Below, piece by piece: positions 60,601 to 64,000 of a DNA stretch of 64,000 nt. Under the pieces are notes generated by a model. It worked only from the letters and a program-made list of their open reading frames with translations. It did no database searches and had not been told where the DNA came from. This stretch comes from Candidatus Cryptobacteroides sp. (GTDB lineage Bacteria > Bacteroidota > Bacteroidia > Bacteroidales > UBA932): assembly GCA_045614805.1 (NCBI GenBank), contig JAZLDR010000014.1:18015-82014 (forward strand), in the 5' to 3' direction. A program made the translations under genes and the position numbers. Every line of letters begins with the position of its first letter. The first letter of the stretch is position 1.

Positions 60601-61431
60601 ACAAACAGCAGCACCGAGTGGACTGCAATCACATCAGAGTCACAAAATGCGCTCCCAAGTACTCGTGCGACCAATAAAATGAGTGGAACCGGAGGATATA
60701 TAGAAACATTCCCCTCAGGTGAAACAGCTATCTCATGTTCTTCGAACGGGCCGTTCTTGATTAAACTTCTGGATAGTAAATGCACGACCTCGGATGGCAT
60801 AGCAAATATCGGCAATACTTGGGACGCGGAGAAATGGTTTCAGCCATTCTCCGGTACAGGTGTATGGGGCTCAATAGAAAGATTCAATGATAATATTCTC
60901 ATGGTGACAGCTTCTGATGGTAAAGATGGTCTTGATTTAGGACTCTTTTATCTCAATCAACAGCAGAAGGCGAGCTCTCAGGCCATTATTACAGATGGGG
61001 ATAACGTTGATTGGGTAAATGTGACAAAGGCGCTGTTTGTCTGCTCAGAAAACGGTACGGAGATGATTCTCAGATTTGCTCACGATGCAGACAATCTCTA
61101 TATATTGGCAGAGACATGTTACAATAGCGAGAATGAAAATATAGATATCCAGGTTAAGACAAAGTTATACTCGTATGGGCAAAAACAAGCGTCAGTGACT
61201 CTGTCTGGATATGGAGAACTATCAACAACTGGTGGTGCTGTAACTATTGTCCGAAAGGGAAAGACAAATGATTCTCGTAAAGGTTTCTGTATTGAGACTC
61301 AAATTCCGCTGAATACACTTAATGTGTCAACCGGAAGTACAATATATGTAAACGCTACAGTAGGAGGCAAGACATTTACTTCCTCCGATGAGTCCTCATT
61401 ACCAACATGGCACAGGTTAAGGATTTTATAA
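57631..61431 (+). CDS. Fusion lipoprotein: fimbrillin-like + CLec-like module + Asp-box beta-propeller + CBM9-like domain (start may be the ATG at 57643)
   Basis: The N-half is collinear with the 52138 protein (DNLFGG, PYDYMG, YLPAG, YQWGRKDPF, IRCIKE). The C-half is collinear with the 54213 and 55922 proteins (NSH, HYPR, WEPYLL, YTDQMP). Confidence 0.85.
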   Translation: MTMTMKKLFTFLFLLVTFSACNKFEEKDSDNGIGSLDNINLESNQILCGTPSTKTSLDASLNVVWNNDDKIRVFGGGNTAIYSFQSYPLENEQRVAIFECSDAESIQGERSAIYPASAYVENSYDGDTFQIYLGGVTAVSGGNESISQDTDVSVLPLVAIPSNGTLSFDNLFGGVSFSPYDYMGTGLKINRISVSSNDGRAIAGTAKVNIATGAIDSFVGSETVLTYSFPATDISKSGKSFTAYLPAGEYPQGLTITILDNLNRKFPISTGAITISPGKIKSMPEVPLSIYYGNANSIRVEPGTTSVNIDVTPRYTYRNDYDVTDGKPIRVENGNLSHYGGTAKVVWQQEENSPEADLTASSTSGTIVSDEPVVTFNDAHGIATLTVPLTGNTGNAVVSICYGSTVAWSYHIWVSDYNDVSVGGRIFLDRNLGATSITPGDRDAYGLCYQWGRKDPFPRILTDVDTDVSSYKSHGDLLKTVNKSTGGTIAYTIKNPDTRITSSKAITCQNGDHWFASGKNTGLWGCKQSYSSSSDAKTKGTSIKTIYDPCPKGYKVPTYGDLATCATGTISTAVKGKTIDGNYFPYGGFIRLEESYLTTGKTGWMTDTRGYLWSSVCRNGGSNEQGAYILKYNKDKVIDNNNGSATDANGTGRGDQIFGFMCDAYPIRCIKETTSGAGSDSGVTQPPVLEEGEVLLNTVFEMNTEATTINSHSGVEKSSALQPMYNNIFKLPNTTLTAGVPSEQQKAHYPRLKRRKDGGLILFYQGGTQSSRIFTMNAANFNALQLATPKIILTPYKDNDLTAKYTAVTGKNATVYQRYMNMDAVVMPDGEIVAVAQHHAWDYREVGYYQDEGTALVLMRSSDGGNTWSTPKEIYNGTSWEPYLLLLPNGTLHLYFTDSNPFLYSSQTSLMTSVDKGLSWSEKKIVARQYKYPYDGSNAEYYGQNVYTDQMPCFRLLNDGKTIAGFLEGRHEKENSLAGSYTSYHKMSLVTNSSTEWTAITSESQNALPSTRATNKMSGTGGYIETFPSGETAISCSSNGPFLIKLLDSKCTTSDGIANIGNTWDAEKWFQPFSGTGVWGSIERFNDNILMVTASDGKDGLDLGLFYLNQQQKASSQAIITDGDNVDWVNVTKALFVCSENGTEMILRFAHDADNLYILAETCYNSENENIDIQVKTKLYSYGQKQASVTLSGYGELSTTGGAVTIVRKGKTNDSRKGFCIETQIPLNTLNVSTGSTIYVNATVGGKTFTSSDESSLPTWHRLRIL

Positions 61432-61437
61432 ATCAGA

Positions 61438-64000
61438 CTATGATGTATGCTGGGTGTATTCTGCGGGTAAAACGCCAAACTGTTCTCTGAAGCATTTAGC
61501 AAAATATGAAGGAGAATTGAAGCCCACCTTGTAGCAGATATCACTTACGCTACCATTTTTTCTTTCAAGCATCTGCGCAGCAAGGTTTAGCCTTCGTTTG
61601 CGCAGATATTCGTTAGGAGACATTCCAAGCAGTGCATTGACCTTTCTGTTGAACGAACTTCTACTAAAACCTAGTTTGATTTCCATGTCTTTGACAGAGA
61701 AGTCAGAATTAGAAATGTTTTCCATTATTAGAGTTTCAAACTTCTCAAGGAAAGCTTCATCTCTATCTACAATATTTACAGCTCTCTCTACCAGATTGCG
61801 TCGTGAATGTACTACATGAGTCTTAAGTCTAGATCTGTTTTCTAAGATATTGTCGAGGCAAGCCTTCATATAATCCATCGAGAATGGCATCTCTATGCAC
61901 TGGTTAGCGCCATTCTTTATGCAGTCAAGCTTGATATCAGCATTCATTGAAGATGCTATTATGACAAAAGGAATATGGGATGTAGCCTCATTAGTCTTGA
62001 TTTTTGAACAGAGTTCCATACCATTCATCCCGGACAATCCAAGGTCTGCGATAATAAGGTCAACATTCCATGTTATTATATATTGTAGCGCTTCTTCTGC
62101 AGAAGAACAAGCCAGAACATTGAATGATGTCTTGAGATGCCTTTTGAAATATGTTAGAAGTTTAGGGTTGGCCTCTACAATAAGGATCAATGGTTGAGAT
62201 GAATTAATGATGATATCATCCACCTTTAGGTTCTCTGTCTCCTTATAAGACTGTTCGATTGGTAGCTTGAGCATGAATGAGGCTTTTCTTTTTGTGCCGT
62301 CAAGAGAGAACTCTAGATCGCCGCTGTGGATTTGTGCCAAGGTCTTGGCATAAGAAAGTCCGATGCCTATGCTTCGTGTTGATGTATATTGTGAAAAAGG
62401 TTTGAACATATAATCTATATGGCGATCTCCTATAGGATATGTATCATACATTACCAGCAAAGTTAAGTCCGCGTCACCTTTTTTGAGATTTACCTCAACA
62501 TAACTTACTGCATAACCTGAAACATAGTTAAGAATTGCCGTAATGATCTTTCCTATAGCCTTGGAGTCTACGGATATCACTATTTGCTTGTCACTGTGAG
62601 TGAATTTGAGCTTTATACTCTTGTCTTTGAATACATCCTTGAAGTTAATGCATGCAAACTCAATCTTCTCAACTATATCAATGCTTCTTTTTTGAAGGAT
62701 ATAACCCTTTTCTTCAGCTCGGATATAATCGAGCAAGTCACCAGTCATACAGTCAAGGGTATCTATCTCCGAAACCACAGTTTGTAGGTCCGGATTGCCT
62801 ACTAGTGCCTCCATCATACTCAAATTAGCTAAAGGGGTCTTTATGATAGTCAGAGGAGTCTTTATTTCATTGGCAATATTGGACAGAAACTCCATCTTTT
62901 CAGAAAGCATCTGTTCCTCTCTTCTCTTCTCATACTCCTTCCTTTTCTGTTCTGTCATCTTTTGCTCAATCCTACTTATTACATAAATGAGTGCCAGACA
63001 CGCAAGGATAACTACAATTACAAGTGTTAGTATTCCTGTCGGTGACTGAAGGAAAGGAGGTCTGATTCGTATGTGAACGGGGGTGTGCATCAGTTCCTTT
63101 CCGCTAGTGACTGATATCGTCTTTATCTGTAGGCAATAATCACCAGGAGGAACATTATGATAACTTATAGATTTTGGAACTGTCACATCGCACCAACTTT
63201 TGTCATATCCTTCAAGGCGACAGAATAGATTGTACTTTACCAGTAGTTCAGATGACGGAACTGCAAAATCGAAAGCAAAAGAACGTTGCTGCGAAGAAAG
63301 GTCAAGTCCTGTATCAATCATGTATTGACTCTGGTCTAAGCGTTTCCCATGTATGTAGAAATCCGTGATGACCGGCATTTGGACAGGTTCATTCTGAAGG
63401 ACAACGTTCGGGTCAAAGATGATAGCTCCTGAATTAAAGCCAAAGACCAAATCTCCGTTAGAACGTCTTAAATGGCCTTGTTTCATGCAATTGTCAAGGA
63501 TTCCAGAGGATTCTTCATAAACCTTTGTTGTTCCTCTTTTGGGGTTAAAAAGGACTAGCCCGGCATCACTGGCAAGCCATAGATTCCCCAATTCATCATG
63601 AAGACAGGAATAGAAGAGGTTAGATGGAAATGATGGGACATTTGCCATGTTATATGATTTGAATTCTCCCGTTGCAGAGTTCCTTACAATAATTCCAGAT
63701 GAAAAACCTATAATCCAAAGATTGCCGTCCTTGTCAAGATTCAGTGATGATATCATCTCTGGAACAGGACTATCATCATATTTAGAGCAATAGTGAGTCA
63801 GTGCCTGTTCTTTCTTTGGATTGTATGAGTAGATACCATTGCTATATGTGGCCATCCATATAATACCATTATAATCCTCAACAATGTCTTCAATGGCATC
63901 AATTCCTGTTTCGTCGATTTTAGACACCTTGCCTGATTTCGGATTGTAAATATATGCACCTACGGCTGTGCCAACATATAGCAATCCGTCGCTTCCTTTC
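61438..64000 (-). CDS. Hybrid two-component sensor-regulator (HTCS), 5'-truncated by the window edge, with degenerate HisKA/HATPase/REC motifs
   Basis: Beta-propeller repeats, Y_Y_Y region (LEGYD..W, PPGDY), TM helix, HisKA-like, REC-like and AraC HTH (KVGFNSPSYFAKCFR) domains. The frame is open to base 64000. Confidence 0.92.
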   Translation of the reverse strand, partial: KGSDGLLYVGTAVGAYIYNPKSGKVSKIDETGIDAIEDIVEDYNGIIWMATYSNGIYSYNPKKEQALTHYCSKYDDSPVPEMISSLNLDKDGNLWIIGFSSGIIVRNSATGEFKSYNMANVPSFPSNLFYSCLHDELGNLWLASDAGLVLFNPKRGTTKVYEESSGILDNCMKQGHLRRSNGDLVFGFNSGAIIFDPNVVLQNEPVQMPVITDFYIHGKRLDQSQYMIDTGLDLSSQQRSFAFDFAVPSSELLVKYNLFCRLEGYDKSWCDVTVPKSISYHNVPPGDYCLQIKTISVTSGKELMHTPVHIRIRPPFLQSPTGILTLVIVVILACLALIYVISRIEQKMTEQKRKEYEKRREEQMLSEKMEFLSNIANEIKTPLTIIKTPLANLSMMEALVGNPDLQTVVSEIDTLDCMTGDLLDYIRAEEKGYILQKRSIDIVEKIEFACINFKDVFKDKSIKLKFTHSDKQIVISVDSKAIGKIITAILNYVSGYAVSYVEVNLKKGDADLTLLVMYDTYPIGDRHIDYMFKPFSQYTSTRSIGIGLSYAKTLAQIHSGDLEFSLDGTKRKASFMLKLPIEQSYKETENLKVDDIIINSSQPLILIVEANPKLLTYFKRHLKTSFNVLACSSAEEALQYIITWNVDLIIADLGLSGMNGMELCSKIKTNEATSHIPFVIIASSMNADIKLDCIKNGANQCIEMPFSMDYMKACLDNILENRSRLKTHVVHSRRNLVERAVNIVDRDEAFLEKFETLIMENISNSDFSVKDMEIKLGFSRSSFNRKVNALLGMSPNEYLRKRRLNLAAQMLERKNGSVSDICYKVGFNSPSYFAKCFREQFGVLPAEYTQHTS

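Noticed and set aside
15-63368. Numerous 60-230 aa ORFs antisense to or out of frame within long genes
   Set aside because: Shadow ORFs with no recognisable motifs, fully overlapped by well-supported CDSs.
1-64000. rRNA, tRNA, tmRNA or known riboswitch
   Set aside because: No recognisable signature in the short intergenic regions by eye. An Infernal/Rfam and tRNAscan-SE run would be needed to exclude them formally.

Overview
Bacterial chromosomal DNA, almost certainly from a Bacteroidales organism (SusC/SusD pair, hybrid two-component regulator, TAnnTTTG -7 promoter boxes, lipoprotein fimbrillins). All family calls come from motif recognition by eye; no database search was run. Four blocks are visible. 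(1) 1-18.8 kb: aspartokinase (partial), metX, Lrp, an SLC13 permease, a CotH lipoprotein, a GH78 rhamnosidase, an AraC regulator and a rhamnose operon (rhaB-rhaA-fucO-rhaD). The operon is extended by an MFS transporter, a ROK kinase, a GmhA-like isomerase and an internally deleted FAD oxidoreductase. (2) 18.9-20.75 kb: a RAYT-like Y1/HUH transposase. It is flanked on both sides by arrays of 27-bp hairpins with an exact 51-bp period, has a long leader hairpin that buries its start codon, and sits beside a 23-bp tandem array derived from a GTCAT-type REP-like element. (3) 21.8-25.9 kb: a decayed integrative mobilisable element (integrase tail, AAA ATPase, xis/mobC-like hybrid, relaxase missing its HUH core). 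(4) 25.9-64 kb: a large divergent polysaccharide utilisation locus. Its left arm encodes DUF5107/TPR, GalM, a GH39-like enzyme, GH3, two GH97 enzymes and a TonB-like barrel. Its right arm encodes fimbrillin-like lipoproteins, SusC/SusD, BACON proteins, an unannotated 49-aa YxxP peptide, two Asp-box beta-propeller enzymes and a 1266-aa fimbrillin::beta-propeller fusion. The locus ends at an HTCS whose kinase and receiver motifs are degenerate. The best candidates for undescribed systems are the RAYT with 51-bp phased arrays and the pilin-enzyme fusion module with its apparently phosphorylation-dead HTCS. No rRNA, tRNA or CRISPR array was seen.
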